Shown here one piece after another: positions 1 to 13,634 of a DNA stretch of 46,892 bases. The notes beneath the pieces were generated by a model. The model did no database searches. It saw only the letters and a program-made list of their open reading frames with translations, and was not told where the DNA came from. The stretch's first letter is position 1. Each line of letters opens with the position of its first letter. Origin of the DNA: Octopus bimaculoides (lineage: Eukaryota); contig NC_068983.1 in NCBI RefSeq assembly GCF_001194135.2, forward strand, positions 7,812,062 through 7,858,953, given 5' to 3'. The position numbers were made by a program, and so were the translations under genes.

Positions 1-38
<38 letters not shown>
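1..38. repeat. (GT)n microsatellite, truncated by the window start
   Basis: Pure GT dinucleotide run. Confidence 0.97.
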
Positions 39-40
<2 letters not shown>

Positions 41-279
41 ACATGTATATCTATGCTTACAGTCACATATTTATTTGAAAATGAATGCATCATCAAAATA
101 CATAAAATATTCGTTTCTCATCCACGCGTTGAAGTTTCAATCCCACTGCACGACATTTTAGACAAGTGCCAGTTACAATGCTCTATACGATGCGAATGAA
201 ACTGGGTCGACGGACGTTGGGTAGAGGGGTACAATAGAAAAGCAGGTCGGGTGGATTGTACTTGTAAGTCAAAGGCCCA

Positions 280-432
280 TCAATGTCACAGTCTGTGTCA
301 TGCTGACTCTGCCTGTTAAGGTATATGTGCATGCGGAATACTCAGCCAGTCATACGTTAATTCAATGAGTACGTAATTCAGTTGATCGCACAACTAAAAA
401 ACTCATCTTCGAAATCGACGGAGAGCCATTTA
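280..432 (+). mobile_element. Old, degenerate 3' fragment of SINE family C
   Basis: ctcagccagtcatacgttaattcaatgag...gttgatcgcacaact...cgacggagagcca aligns by eye with the reverse complement of the young copy at 12567-12720 (ctcagccacttgcacgttaatttcacgag...gttgatcggatcaact...cgacggagtgcca). Confidence 0.6.
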
Positions 433-680
433 TTATTTTCTAAAATTTTATGTGTATGTGTATGTGTGTGTGCGTGTATGTGTGCGCCTGAGTGCATGCG
501 TAAGTGTCTGCTTATGCGCATGCGTCGAGTGTGCTTGCGTTTTTGCATACATGTGTGTGTGTGCATGCGTCTGTTCATGTGGTGAATGAGCGTACATACG
601 AGTATATGTGTGTGTATGTGTGTATGTATGTGCGTGTTTATCTGTGTGTGTGTATATGTATGTGTATGTGTGTGTGAGTG

Positions 681-729
<49 letters not shown>

Positions 730-767
730 GCTCTGGTTTCTAATCTGATCAGATCGTATTTACGGCC

Positions 768-1530
768 TTCTTCTTCTTCTTCTTCTTCTTCTTCTTCTTC
801 GTCGTCGTCGTCGTCGTCTTCTTCTTCTTCTTCTTCTTCTTCTTCTTCTTCTTCTTCTTCTTCTTNNNNNNNNNNNNNNNNNNNNNNNNNNNNNNNNNNN
901 NNNNNNNNNNNNNNNNNNNNNNNNNNNNNNNNNNNNNNNNNNNNNNNNNNNNNNNNNNNNNNNNNNNNNNNNNNNNNNNNNNNNNNNNNNNNNNNNNNNN
1001 NNNNNNNNNNNNTCTTCTTCGTCGTCTTCTTCTTCTTCTTCTTCTTCTTCTTCTTCTTCTTCTTCTTCTTCTTCTTCTTCTTCTTCTTGTTGTTGTTGTT
1101 GTTGTTGTTCTTCTTCTTCGTCGTCTTCTTCTTCTTCTTCTTCTTCTTCTTCTTCTTCTTCTTCTTCTTCTTTCACCCCCCTCATCTTTTTTCTCGTTAT
1201 CTCTATTCCAACTTCTATTCCTCTTGACGCTTCATCCTCGTCTTCATCTTCATCATCACAACATTCCCCCGTCATCATCATCGTCATCACCATCGTCATC
1301 TTCCTCATCATCAGCAGTACCACCATCACCATCACCATCACCATCACCATCACCATCGTCATCTTCCTCGTCATCATCGTCACCATCATCATCATCATCA
1401 TTTGCAGCTGCAGTAGCAGTGCCATCGTTGTCTCGCTGTTGTTGTTGTTGTTGTTGTTCTTCTTCTTCCTCGTCGTCATCATCATCATCATCATCATCAT
1501 CATCACCATAACCATCATCGTCGTCACGAC
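768..1530. repeat. Compound trinucleotide tract: (TTC)n spanning gap 866-1012, then (CAT/CAC/CGT/GTT)n
   Basis: Visible triplet runs. They generate the poly-S/F/E/D ORFs in the track. Confidence 0.93.
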
Positions 1531-3059
1531 CATCATCGTAAACTCTACCCACCACCATGCGCATCAGCATGATTTTACAGCACAAGCGCTAACATTTTGA
1601 TCAACACTTTCTCCTTTTATTATTCAATAAACCCACCTTCACTATGATCGAACTCCTACTCATCAGGTCAATAATTATTGCGCTTTGATCGTGACTTTCA
1701 AATCTATTCACGTTTTCTTTTTAACAAAAATATTGTTTTGAATTTCTCTTGAATTTCTGTATATTTCTTTATAATTTTTGCCTTTGGACGATAAAAGCCA
1801 CGGAAATATTAGAGTAAGTCTGTTGTGTATAACAGTGTAAATTATTTTCTTGATTATTTTCTATTCCTTTCGTGATCTGACCAGTTGTCGAGAAAGCTGG
1901 TTAGTTGTCATGTTTGGTCTCTTTAAGGCTGTACAATTACTTTTTAGTATCATGCTGTGTTTTGAAATAAAAGGGGGAAAAACCACGCCCGTTGTTGTTG
2001 CAGCTCACTAAGCAGAGGTGATATTAAAAGTGTGGTACGTTAAAGTAACAGCACGAAAATCGCTCAGAAAAACCCCACACTAACCTCTCCCATCAATATC
2101 AATGATGCTGGCGACAGCGACAGCATGGACAGAAGCCTCAACGTCGTTGACGCTGGCAACAGCGATACCATTATCAGCTGCACCTTCGCTGCTAAACATG
2201 CGTGCAAAGCAACATGGAGAAAGAGCAGCTACATCAGGAATAGTGATTATTTACAACGTAAACAAAACCAATGGAGTTGTAACAGCAGTAGCGCTTGTAG
2301 GGATTGGCTAGATATGGACCAATCAAAGATCACATAGAAGAGAAATGAGCGACGTACGTGACATAGAACCATACTTCTTTCTCTGAAAAATTCTTTTTGG
2401 CGGGGGTGATAGAATCAGTGACTTATTTCTGTTTCTCAGTGAAAAAATAAGGGTTTCTCTACTATCTGGATGGAAGGATTTGAGAGTCTCTGATTTACGA
2501 TTAGAAATCTGCTACATCAGATGTGGAAAGAGTTTTAGAATCATAAACTTTGTCTCCTAAAAACGGAGAAGGAAGCCAATCAGCTGTTGCTTCTCATGCG
2601 TTGCATATGAACTTATAGGTGCTCAGAAGCACACAAGTGTTTCACAGTATTCGAGTAAAGTTGTCGAGCGTACGTCGGTATTGGCAGTCTACAGAGGGTT
2701 AACGGAAAATAAGAATGAAGCGGTCTAGCAGTTGGTAAAATTAATTAAGTTGCGTATTTGGAAAGATTTCAGTCTAGAATCTATGAATAATTTCCAGAAA
2801 TTCCTGGTGTGATAATACAAAAAGAAAGGTTGATGTAGCATTGCCAGTTCGGCGTAAGATATATTGGTATGGACGTGTCATTGGTTGTACCTCTTCAAGA
2901 CCCGCACTCGTTCGCTGTCCAAGTATTGGAGAAATTTAGTTTGTCTTTGTTTCTCATTGGGAAGCCCTCGTCAACCAAAAATTAATATCCATTTGCTGGT
3001 GAATGCTTTATTTAAGAGGCTGTCATAGATGCAGCTCATGATTAGAACGAGATTCTTGT

Positions 3060-3125
<66 letters not shown>
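3060..3125. repeat. (CTGT)n microsatellite
   Basis: Pure tetranucleotide run. Confidence 0.97.
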
Positions 3126-3128
<3 letters not shown>

Positions 3129-4094
3129 GTTTCTGTCTGTCCGTCTGTCAGTTTCTCTGAAACTTTAAATTACGCGACTCTGAATTTCACGTCTCCGATC
3201 TTCGTAGGAAATTTAAAGAATGAAAACGTTAATTAGAATAATCAGATAACAGGAAAACAAACACAAGCAAAAGAAAAAGAGAAGTGTTTGTTTGGATGCA
3301 TATGCGAAAATGAGATAAACTAATTTAAATATAAATGAAATATTTGCTATTATTATGGAACAGCAAAATTTCTTCCCATTAATTGCGAGTATTTTAAGCT
3401 ACAAACCTTCACAAAACATCATACATGCTCAGATATGTCTAAATACTAGTATGCTAACGAATGAATGTACCGAGGCGAGAAAGTTAGAAAAGTAAGTAAT
3501 TAAATATATTGTAAGAAACAGTGTGTCTCGTTTAACTTCAAAACTCGCTTTGAACTCTCTTTTCAATTCGTGAAGTCGTATATAGTAAACAGTATGCGAA
3601 CTAGCCAGGAAGGGAAGAGAAATAGGTAAAAGATAAGAACACGAAAATAAAGTAAAAAGAAAATAGAAACAATGAGAATGTGGTTATCAAACTTCTCATT
3701 AAAAAAGTGTTCTATGGTACTTATACCTTATGAAAATTGTATAGTAGATATTTAGCTGCATGCGAATAATTACAAAGAATATAATTTCTGGAGTTCAAGA
3801 TCTTATTCAGTGATTAGCAAGCAAAGATGAAAAAATCTGCTTATTTCTATTGTTACCATTCTTGTAAGCTGACTCAAAAAAAAAAAAAAAAAAGACTAAG
3901 TTCTATCAAAAGAACAGTCAAAAGTTTCTCCAGTTTCCAAATATATCTGAAAAGACGAATTGAAAATTTTTTGCTTGATTTTCTAAGGAATGTGCGAGCA
4001 CGTAATATGACGTTTTGAATTTATTTGTTATCGCGCTGTTGTTGAATTTTTGTTGAAAGCTATTTGGAAAGAACTAGCAAGAGAGTTTCCATTA

Positions 4095-4203
4095 AGCGGG
4101 CAGTTACACTAGTTCATACATTTACAAGTGAGCTCGGTGACGATATTACTATTGTTCACAATTAGAAACATTTTGGCAACAAGAATAAAAATTTATCAAT
4201 ATT
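4095..4203 (+). repeat. Dispersed repeat, inverted copy of 10974-11104
   Basis: attaagcgggcagttacactagttcatac...ctcggtgacgatattactattgtt...aattagaaacattttgg...aaatttatcaatatt is the reverse complement of 10974-11104, apart from substitutions and a ~20-bp indel. Confidence 0.8.
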
Positions 4204-4264
4204 TCTGTTAAAGGTTTTATAACATCTGTTTTCTGATAAACTGAAGTAATACTATCTTAAAAGA

Positions 4265-4324
<60 letters not shown>
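4265..4324. repeat. (TATC)n microsatellite
   Basis: Pure tetranucleotide run. Confidence 0.97.
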
Positions 4325-4325
<1 letters not shown>

Positions 4326-4759
4326 GTCCATCGTCTTCATTTCTTTTGCCCCTTCCTGTTTTCGTTCTTTTGTTTCCTAAACTGTTTCTACATTTCCCTC
4401 ACTCTATATTTTTCAGTCTTCCATTTTTCCTTCATATTTCTCTTACATGCTTGCTGTCAATTCCATATACATTTTCATTTCTTTATCGACCACACTGTAA
4501 TTTAACAGTGAAGAAGATATGCTATGCAGATAGTTAATGTCAAAGTTATAATATTCCCAGCATTATACATGAGTAACTTAAAATGACAAGTGCCAATTGA
4601 CACAGGTTTATCTTTCGTATGAACTGACTGTATTTCATCAATGCTTCGTTATTGATTCACAACATCACCACCATTTTAAATACACCTCCGTCAATAGATG
4701 AATGTTACTATTTATTGTTTAATTAGAATTACGAAGATGGCATGTTGATCAATAATATT

Positions 4760-5021
4760 ATTGTTGTTGTTGGTGGTTTTGTTGTTGTTGGTTTTGTTGT
4801 TGTTGGTTTTGTTGTTGTTGGTTTTGTTGTTGTTGGTTTTGTTGTTGTTGTTGGTTTTGTTGTTATTCGTATCCAACCTCTTCAGTTTCTCCTTTTCTTT
4901 TTCCTCCTTGTCCGCTTCCTCATCTTCTTGTTCTTTTTTATTGGATCATTTCTTCTTCTTCTTCTTCTTCTTCTTCTTCTTCTTCTTCTTCTTCTTCTTC
5001 TTCTTCTTCTTCTTCTTCTTC
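4760..5021. repeat. 15-mer (GTTGTTGTTGGTTTT)n array at 4760-4864 and (TTC)n at ~4950-5021
   Basis: Visible periodicity. Confidence 0.9.
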
Positions 5022-5814
5022 TATCCACTTCTTTCTCTACCTTGTTATAATTGTTGTTCTTCTTTACCTCCTCTACTCATCCTTCTCCTCCTGCTTCCTT
5101 CCCCTCCTCCTTATCCCCCTCCTCCTCACATTCTTCTTCATCGCCTCTCCCCATTCTTCTCTATCATCTTCTTGTTCGTCATCTTCGTGTAGAACTATTC
5201 AATGTTAACACGGACATTTACAGTTTACGAATACGCATTAAGTTAACACGTAAAAATGCTGTTATCGTTGTTAACAAAACAAAAAAAACAAAAAAAAAAC
5301 AAAAAACAAAAAAGAAAGAAAAAGAAAAATTACTCACAGCCACAAAAATGTCCAAAGCTAACAAAGACTGTATGAGAATTTCCTGACAATATTTACAGAT
5401 CCTTAGTATTGCAATTTTTCTGCAACGTGCATATATCTATCCTAATCAGTAATTTGTCAAAGGTCTTGCAGAAAAAAAAGCTGTATGTATTAGTGCAGAT
5501 GTGTCAATTCCAATAACATATTCTAACATAACCGGTACCTGACATTATAACACCAACAGCTCACGCGGCTCTTGTATATATTCTAACACAACGTATGAAA
5601 CATTAAAATAATAACAGAAACAATAAACCAACATTCCCTCAACAGCAATGCAAAACTGATATGAAATATAAACACTACTCGGCGTGTAATTCTCAAAGAC
5701 AATACTGTACACATAGCCTACCCCACCAAAAAAAAAAAAAAAAAGACTGGTGTGCACTCAGTGATGCAAGAGAAGCTATTATGAAACTGCTGAAAACAGT
5801 TTTATAAGTGTTTT

Positions 5815-6600
<786 letters not shown>

Positions 6601-7493
6601 ATTTCTGGACAATGGCCATGAGTTAAAATAATAAATTAAGAACAGTAATAANNNNNNNNNNNNNNNNNNNNNNNNNNNNNNNNNNNNNNNNNNNNNNNNN
6701 NNNNNNNNNNNNNNNNNNNNNNNNNNNNNNNNNNNNNNNNNNNNNNNNNNNNNNNNNNNNNNNNNNNNNNNNNNNNNNNNNNNNNNNNNNNNNNNNNNNN
6801 NNNNNNNNNNNNNNNNNNNNNNNNNNNNNNNNNNNNNNNNNNNNNNNNNNNNNNNNNNNNNNNNNNNNNNNNNNNNNNNNNNNNNNNNNNNNNNNNNNNN
6901 NNNNNNNNNNNNNNNNNNNNNNNNNNNNNNNNNNNNNNNNNNNNNNNNNNNNNNNNNNNNNNNNNNNNNNNNNNNNNNNNNNNNNNNNNNNNNNNNNNNN
7001 NNNNNNNNNNNNNNNNNNNNNNNNNNNNNNNNNNNNNNNNNNNNNNNNNNNNNNNNNNNNNNNNNNNNNNNNNNNNNNNNNNNNNNNNNNNNNNNNNNNN
7101 NNNNNNNNNNNNNNNNNNNNNNNNNNNNNNNNNCACACACATCCACATTTATATGAAGTTTGTCATTGAAAAAACGGAGGCTGTAGGTAGAAGAATGAGA
7201 TGGAAGACTTCCTTTGACAACAGAACCAATCCCATCCACCAAACACTAATGTCTAGCACGAAACAAATTGCTATAAAATCTTAAAATCAAAATGTTACGA
7301 AATGTTTATCTAATGGTAAAAATGGTATCGTTCAAAGATTACTTTTTAGCAATTTTCAAGCTCATAAAAACTTATTTTGCAATAATTCCAAGTAAATATA
7401 TGCTGTATCTTTGGACAAGATTCTATATCAGACAGATTCTCTCACGTAGGATATTCTCTAAAAAAAAAAAAAAACCTCGTATTCTTTTCTACC

Positions 7494-7680
7494 CTAGGCA
7501 TAAGGCCCGAAAATTTTGGGATGGGGTCAGTCGATGATATCGACTCCAGTACACAACTGGTACTTAACTTATCGACCCCGAAAGGATGAAGGGCAAAGTC
7601 GACCTCGGCGCAATTTGAACTCAGAAGGTAAAGACAGACGAAATACCGCTAAGCATTTCGCCCGTCGCGCTAACGTTTCT
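7494..7680 (-). mobile_element. SINE family A (tail type A1), missing ~15 nt of its head
   Basis: Matches 10754-10958 and 22522-22731: gtcga..atcgac hairpin, ggatgaagggcaaagtcgacctcgg, B-box (rc of aatttgaactc). Confidence 0.9.
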
Positions 7681-7914
7681 TATTTCTTTCTTGCCCACAA
7701 GAGTCTAAACATAGCGGGGACAAACAAGGATAGACAGAGGGATTAAGTCGATTACATCGACTCCAGTGCGTAACTGGTACTTAATTTATCGACCCCGAGA
7801 GGATGAAAGGCAAAGTCGACCTCGATATATAATTTGAACTGATAACGTAAGGACAGACGAAATGCCACTAAGCAGTTTGCCCGACGTCCTAACGATTCTG
7901 CCAGCTTGCTGTCT
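7681..7914 (-). mobile_element. SINE family A (tail type A2), directly abutting the previous copy
   Basis: Same core. The tail (ttgcccacaag...gacaaacaagga...gggattaagtcgattacatcgac) matches the reverse complement of 12230-12308. Confidence 0.9.
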
Positions 7915-7937
7915 TAATAATAATAATAATAATAATG

Positions 7938-7981
<44 letters not shown>

Positions 7982-7989
7982 CATAATAA
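7915..7989. repeat. (TAA)n microsatellite
   Basis: Near-pure triplet run next to the SINE head. Confidence 0.95.
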
Positions 7990-9542
7990 ACGATTTAAAA
8001 GCACTATACCTGTAGTATGTATTGAGAACTACCTTAAATATAGATACATAAATATATCGGCGGGAAGTGCATGTCGGGCTTGCTAACATGTAGCTACCAG
8101 TTCATTCATTTATTTATAATTGCATACATTCTTATAATTCACTCTTAAATACTAGCAAGTATAGCTGTATACGTGTTCATATACATGAAGTTGTACAAAA
8201 GAATACTTATTTACTTATTTTCTTTCCCCACTTTTTCCTTGATATCGATTTCCATTTTAAAACTATCCTAGAACCTGTCTAGCGAAATGTTCAATCAGAG
8301 CCCTTAAAAGCAATTCTCTATTTCTCTACTATACATTATAGATGCTATATGTGTGATAAAGATTGAAAATTATCAGCAAATTGTATTTAGTTCTTATTTT
8401 CCCCCCCAGTTTTATTCACAATAAAGTGACAAAAAAAAAAAAAGAAAAAAATTAGCTTTGTTTTAAATTTTTGATTGTCACGGATTTTGCATTTTTAAAC
8501 TATTATATATAGCAAAGTGTTCGGTCGAATTATAAAACGATGCTTAATTTTTGTGATCAGACCATTAACTTTGATTAATTTAAAAACTGTTCTTTTTGCT
8601 TCTCTTTAATTACTTTTTGTTTTATTCTTCCTCTCGGTTCTCGATCTTCTGTTTATTACCCATTTTTCATATCAAAAGACAAATGTAACCACTCTGATGA
8701 AATATTATTTATCTTCTCTTTGTGTAACGTCGGAAAAGTTTTTCACTATTAATCCTGTAATTTTTGCTGAGCACGATCAGATAAGGGATTTTAAAATTGC
8801 ACATTAATTTGCATTTGTTGTTATCTAATTTTCTTCTGTGATGTCGGTCGATGTAGTTGAGATGATACAAAATATCAGTAGTATTCAGTTTGGTCTTGTC
8901 ATCATATATTCCACCCGAATCGACGTTGCCTTTTATCATTCTAGTATCGGATCAGCCATAGATTATATAATAAACGTCGATTCGATCGACTACAGTTCAA
9001 GATAACGAGGGAGAGACAAGAGTGGTTGATCAATCTGGTAGAAATACCGAACAAATCTCACCTCAAAGTACACCATATTTATGCACGCGCACGCACGTAT
9101 GCACACACACACACATACACACACAGACGCACACACACACATACACACACACACACATACACACACACACACACACGCACGCACACGCACACGCACACAC
9201 ACATGTATATATGAAGGATTCATTGGATACTATGCAGGAAAATCAAAGAAATAAACAGGAGTTTTCCTGCTGGCACGGTTTCGATCTTAAGTTAGATCGA
9301 TCAGAGCTTCTTGATAAATTAGTGACGGAATAATCATGAAGAAAGCTTAGAAGATTATACGTACGTTGGCGAAGAAAAAATTCGGCTGTTCAGAAGAATG
9401 ATCCAGAAAAATAAACAACTCAGAGATGCCATCTGCTTGAAAACTAATAATTAAGTTTAGTGTAAAATTTAATTTTAAGAAAACATTAAGAATCTAAGCA
9501 GGAATGATTATTCAGTGGAATAAAAGCAACATTAACCAATGA

Positions 9543-9612
9543 CGAAACGTTGTGTTAATAAGCAAGACGAGGAAGGCCAAATATCCGTCAAATGTAAATA
9601 ATGTAAATAATG
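9543..9612 (+). mobile_element. Truncated copy of the Penelope terminal repeat at 21813-22105
   Basis: cgaaacgttgtgttaa...caagacgagga...aaatatccgtcaaatgtaaataatgtaaataatg matches 22004-22072. Confidence 0.8.
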
Positions 9613-10167
9613 GACTAATATTATTACTTTAGCATGTATTGGAGACAAGGATGGATATGCTTGCTCTGTATTATGACGTCATTCGTGAGTAGAAATTTAG
9701 ACTTGATCCCTTGTAACATTTAGCTTCGTTTCTGTACACGTTAATCTCCCATCCTGCTAAGGTTAAATTTACTCTAGTCATTATCTAGGGTTGTAGAAGT
9801 CATTAATGCTCTAGTCATTACGTAAGGTTGTAGAAGTCATTATTATAACAAGATGTATGGTACTAATTATCTCCCTCTAATTCCAATATAAAAACTAAGA
9901 TGAATAGTAATAGTATCGACAGGGTGTAATAGTATAGACACCTCTTTTTGAGAAATAGTCATTTCCCATCTCTCTAACACACACGTCTCACACATACATG
10001 CACTCATACATGCATGCATGTATACACTCATAAATACGGGCGTCTTTCTTTCTTTCTTTCTTCCCTTCTTTCCTTCCTACCTTCCTTTTTTCTTTCTTTC
10101 TTTCTGACTGCCTGTCTTTCTGTCTATCTATCTGCCTGTCTGTCTGTATGCAAGCATACACACATAT

Positions 10168-10204
<37 letters not shown>

Positions 10205-10291
10205 CATACATACATACATACATATAGAAGCGTACATACATACACACACACACGTATATGCGCATATACTTACATTCTTACACCCATACAC

Positions 10292-10340
<49 letters not shown>

Positions 10341-10753
10341 TTATATTAATGACGTAACCTGTGCTGTGAAATGCTATAGTATTAATACTTTCCACGACCA
10401 AACCGAAACTTGGTTCCACATTTTCGCAAACTCGTAGTCTCTGATTATTTCTTATCTGTTATCGGTAAGCACATTGTAGGGAAACGTGTTTCCATTGATA
10501 CACAAAGCAATGGAATACAGCAGCGGGTAATTAAACCTTTGATTGCTCAACGTATTAATTAATCTCTGCTATATCTTAGTACTTCATAATTGCTGCCGTG
10601 TGTATGATTCCCTTTGTTCTAAGTTAAACTTCTTTACATTATTAAAGCCTCTTCTTTACACACGACACACAAAACGTCATCTACGCCATCTTGGTTAAAA
10701 AATGAAGTGCTCTTTCTATTCACCGAGTCTTATGTCTCTATATTCTTTTCTAC

Positions 10754-10958
10754 TCTAGAAACAAAGCCCGAAATTATTTTAGGAGGGGGCCAGTCGATTA
10801 GATCGACTCCAGTACGCATCTAGTACTTAATTTATCGACCCTGAAAGAATGAAAGGCAAAGTCGACCTCGGCGGAATTTGAACTCAGAACGTAAAGACAG
10901 ACGAAATACCGCTAAGCATTTCGCCCAGCGTGCTAACGTTTCTGCCAACACGCCGCCT
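10754..10958 (-). mobile_element. SINE family A (A1), near full length
   Basis: Head aggcggcgtgttggcagaaacgttag (A-box-like), B-box gagttcaaattcc, conserved core, tail ..gggctttgtttctaga. Confidence 0.92.
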
Positions 10959-10973
10959 TTTTTTTAAATAAAA

Positions 10974-11104
10974 ATATTGATAAATTTTTACTCTTGTTAC
11001 CAAAATGTTTCTAATTTTGAATTTCATTAATACAAGTCAAACAATAGTAATATCGTCACCGAACTCTCTTGTAAACGTATGAACTGGTGTAACTGCCCGC
11101 TTAA
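10974..11104 (-). repeat. Dispersed repeat, inverted copy of 4095-4203
   Basis: Direct sequence match within the window. Confidence 0.8.
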
Positions 11105-11154
11105 TCAAGACTATCTTATGTCTCTACATCAATAGCTGGATGGGCTACTCAACC

Positions 11155-11372
11155 TGAAGAAAATTCTAACTGGGCCCCACCTGCGAGGTCATGCGCTGTT
11201 TATCTTGATATGAAATCACTATGGCGCACACATATGTTTGTGATGCATGTGCCTGGTGTACCCTTATCAGACGGGTAGTCATGATGGATATAATGGGCTT
11301 CGTATATTTTATCCCAATGTCACTGTGATGGCATGCACTGCTCTCTCACTCAATACTACTACTACTAATAAT
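11155..11372 (+). mobile_element. Probable retroposon (SINE or LINE) 3' end with (TAC/TAA)n tail
   Basis: GC-richer segment ending in ctctctcactcaatactactactactaataataaaa. Single copy here; resembles an octopus interspersed repeat from memory only. Confidence 0.4.
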
Positions 11373-11645
11373 AAAATAAAAAGTGGCAATAAAAGAATGA
11401 GACCTCGATATTAGGTAAATAGAGGATAATCTATATATGTATAATTTAGGACAAACATTAAGTTGTCATTATAATACTCGGAGTTTCGAATGTCAGAGTG
11501 AAGAGCTACGGTGCATTCTCGTCGGCTATTAATGACAAGAGATGCTATGAAAAAACCGCTGAATAAAAAGGAAGTTAGACTAATAGGTTTGCGTATTTAT
11601 ATACATATTTATATATCTTAATATGCTTATGAGTTTATGCGTGTA

Positions 11646-11692
<47 letters not shown>

Positions 11693-12075
11693 CACACNNN
11701 NNNNNNNCACACACACGCACACACACACACACACACACATGCATGCATGCATGTATGTATATATGTCTGCATGTATGTGAAATTATTTTAAATAAATTTA
11801 CTTCATATTAATTAATTGTATATCGCAATTGCATAATTATGGAATTAATGAAGTTTGTCCGAACGAAACCGACTGTTGAGCAAAACTTAAGTATGAACTA
11901 TGCCCAAAATTTGTGCATGTCAACTTTTATTCTCTCTCTCTCACTCTCTCTCTTTGTATTACATTCGTTCATACATACATACATACATACATACATACAT
12001 ACATACATACATACACACGCACGTGTACATGTGTCTATGCTTAGATATGTGTTGGACAGAACAGGTTCCCACGGA

Positions 12076-12308
12076 AGGCGGCGGGCTGGCAAAAACGTTA
12101 ACGCGCCGGGTAAAACATTAGCGGCATTTCGTCTGCCGTTACGTTCTGAGTTCAAATTCCGCCGAGCTCGACTTTGCCTTTCATCCTTTCGGGGTCGATA
12201 AATTAAGTACCAGTTACGTACTGGGGTCGATGTAATCGATTTAATCCCTTTGTCAGTCCTTGTTTGTTCCCTCTATGTTTAGCCCCTTGTGGGCAACAAA
12301 AAAATAAG
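12076..12308 (+). mobile_element. SINE family A (A2), full length, plus strand
   Basis: aggcggcgggctggcaaaaacgttaac head, B-box gagttcaaattcc, tttgcctttcatcctttcggggtcgataaattaagtaccag core, A-rich end. Confidence 0.92.
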
Positions 12309-12566
12309 AACAGGTTCACACGGATCTAATATGAAACACAATAACTTAAAGTATTCAAAAATCTTCGGTCGATGATATTTGCCCAGTGTGATGCCCACTG
12401 GGATCAAAATAAGGTCCAAGGGTTTGTTTTGGATTCCTTTCTCGATAACAAGAGTCAAATTTTCATGAGTCATAATGTAGCCGAATCGTTGTTTGCGTAA
12501 CGTTCATCTACTCGAACAGTGTCTATGCGCATTGTGTTTTGTAGCTGTCGCTGTCTCAGCCCATTA

Positions 12567-12940
12567 TGTTGTTGTTGGCACTCCGTCGCTTACGACGTCG
12601 AGGGTTCCAGTTGATCCGATCAACGGAACAGCCTGCTCGTGAAATTAACGTGCAAGTGGCTGAGCACTCCACAGACACGTAGTTCTCGGGGATATTCAGC
12701 GTGACACAGTGTGACAAGGCTGACCCTTTGAATTACAGGCACAACAGAAACAGGAAGTAAGAGTGAGAGAAAGTTGTGGTGGAAGAGTACAGCAGGGTTT
12801 GCCACCATCCCCTGCCGGAGCCTCGTGGAGCTTTAGGTGTTTTCGCTCAATAAACACTCACAACGCCCGGTCTGGGAATCGAAACCGCGATCCTATGACC
12901 GCGAGTCCGCTGCCCTAACCACTGGGTCATTGCGCCTCCA
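12567..12940 (-). mobile_element. tRNA-derived SINE family C, full length, with 12-bp TSD
   Basis: Head ggaggcgcaatgacccagtggttagg (A-box), B-box ggtttcgattccc (12874-12886), (ACA)n tail. TSD ctcagcccatta at 12555-12566 and 12941-12952. Confidence 0.93.
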
Positions 12941-13004
12941 CTCAGCCCATTAATTTACAAGACAACCTTCAGGCATCGCGTCAACGGATGAACATCTTCT
13001 TGGT

Positions 13005-13200
13005 CAATTGTCTGCTAGAAATAGTAACCACAAATTTTGCAAATTCCACTCTTAAAAGTAAAAGGGAATATGTTGGACGGTATAGTTTTATGTACAACAT
13101 TTAATATGAACTTCTATTGTGTCTGAAAATATGACGTAATGGTCATTGTTGGAACACCTTTGATCAGAGGCCTGCTAAATTAGGGCCGTCTTGGGGAAAA
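13005..13200 (+). mobile_element. Possible degenerate interspersed repeat, related to fragments near 34190-34520
   Basis: Shared gctagaaa(t/c)a(g/a)..aat motif with 34315-34345 and 34470-34497. Heavily diverged. Confidence 0.3.
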
Positions 13201-13634
13201 AAACCCACCGCCCCTACACCACCACAAATCAGCACGGCCACAAAATAATTATTCCATTAATCTAATTGATAAGTGGTTATCGATGTGCTGCTACAGATGA
13301 AAGAAAGGGTCGGTGTATAATTATTGATGAAGATGCCGTTAGCTTTCGGTGTTAAACTCAAATAACCTTTCGGGTGATACAAACATACATACATACATAC
13401 ATACATACATACATACATACGTACATACATACATACATACATACATACATACATGAACACTCACGAACACAAACGAGAGCACACGAACACGCTCACATAC
13501 ATATATACAACGTCTACAGNNNNNNNNNNNNNNNNNNNNNNNNNNNNNNNNNNNNNNNNNNNNNNNNNNNNNNNNNNNNNNNNNNNNNNNNNNNNNNNNN
13601 NNNNNNNNNNNNNNNNNNNNNNNNNNNNNNNNNN

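Noticed and set aside
2102-2337. Two overlapping short ORFs in a GC-richer patch (MMLATATAW..., MDRSLNVVDAG...)
   Set aside because: No recognisable motif and no clear splice signals. I cannot support an exon without RNA or homology data.
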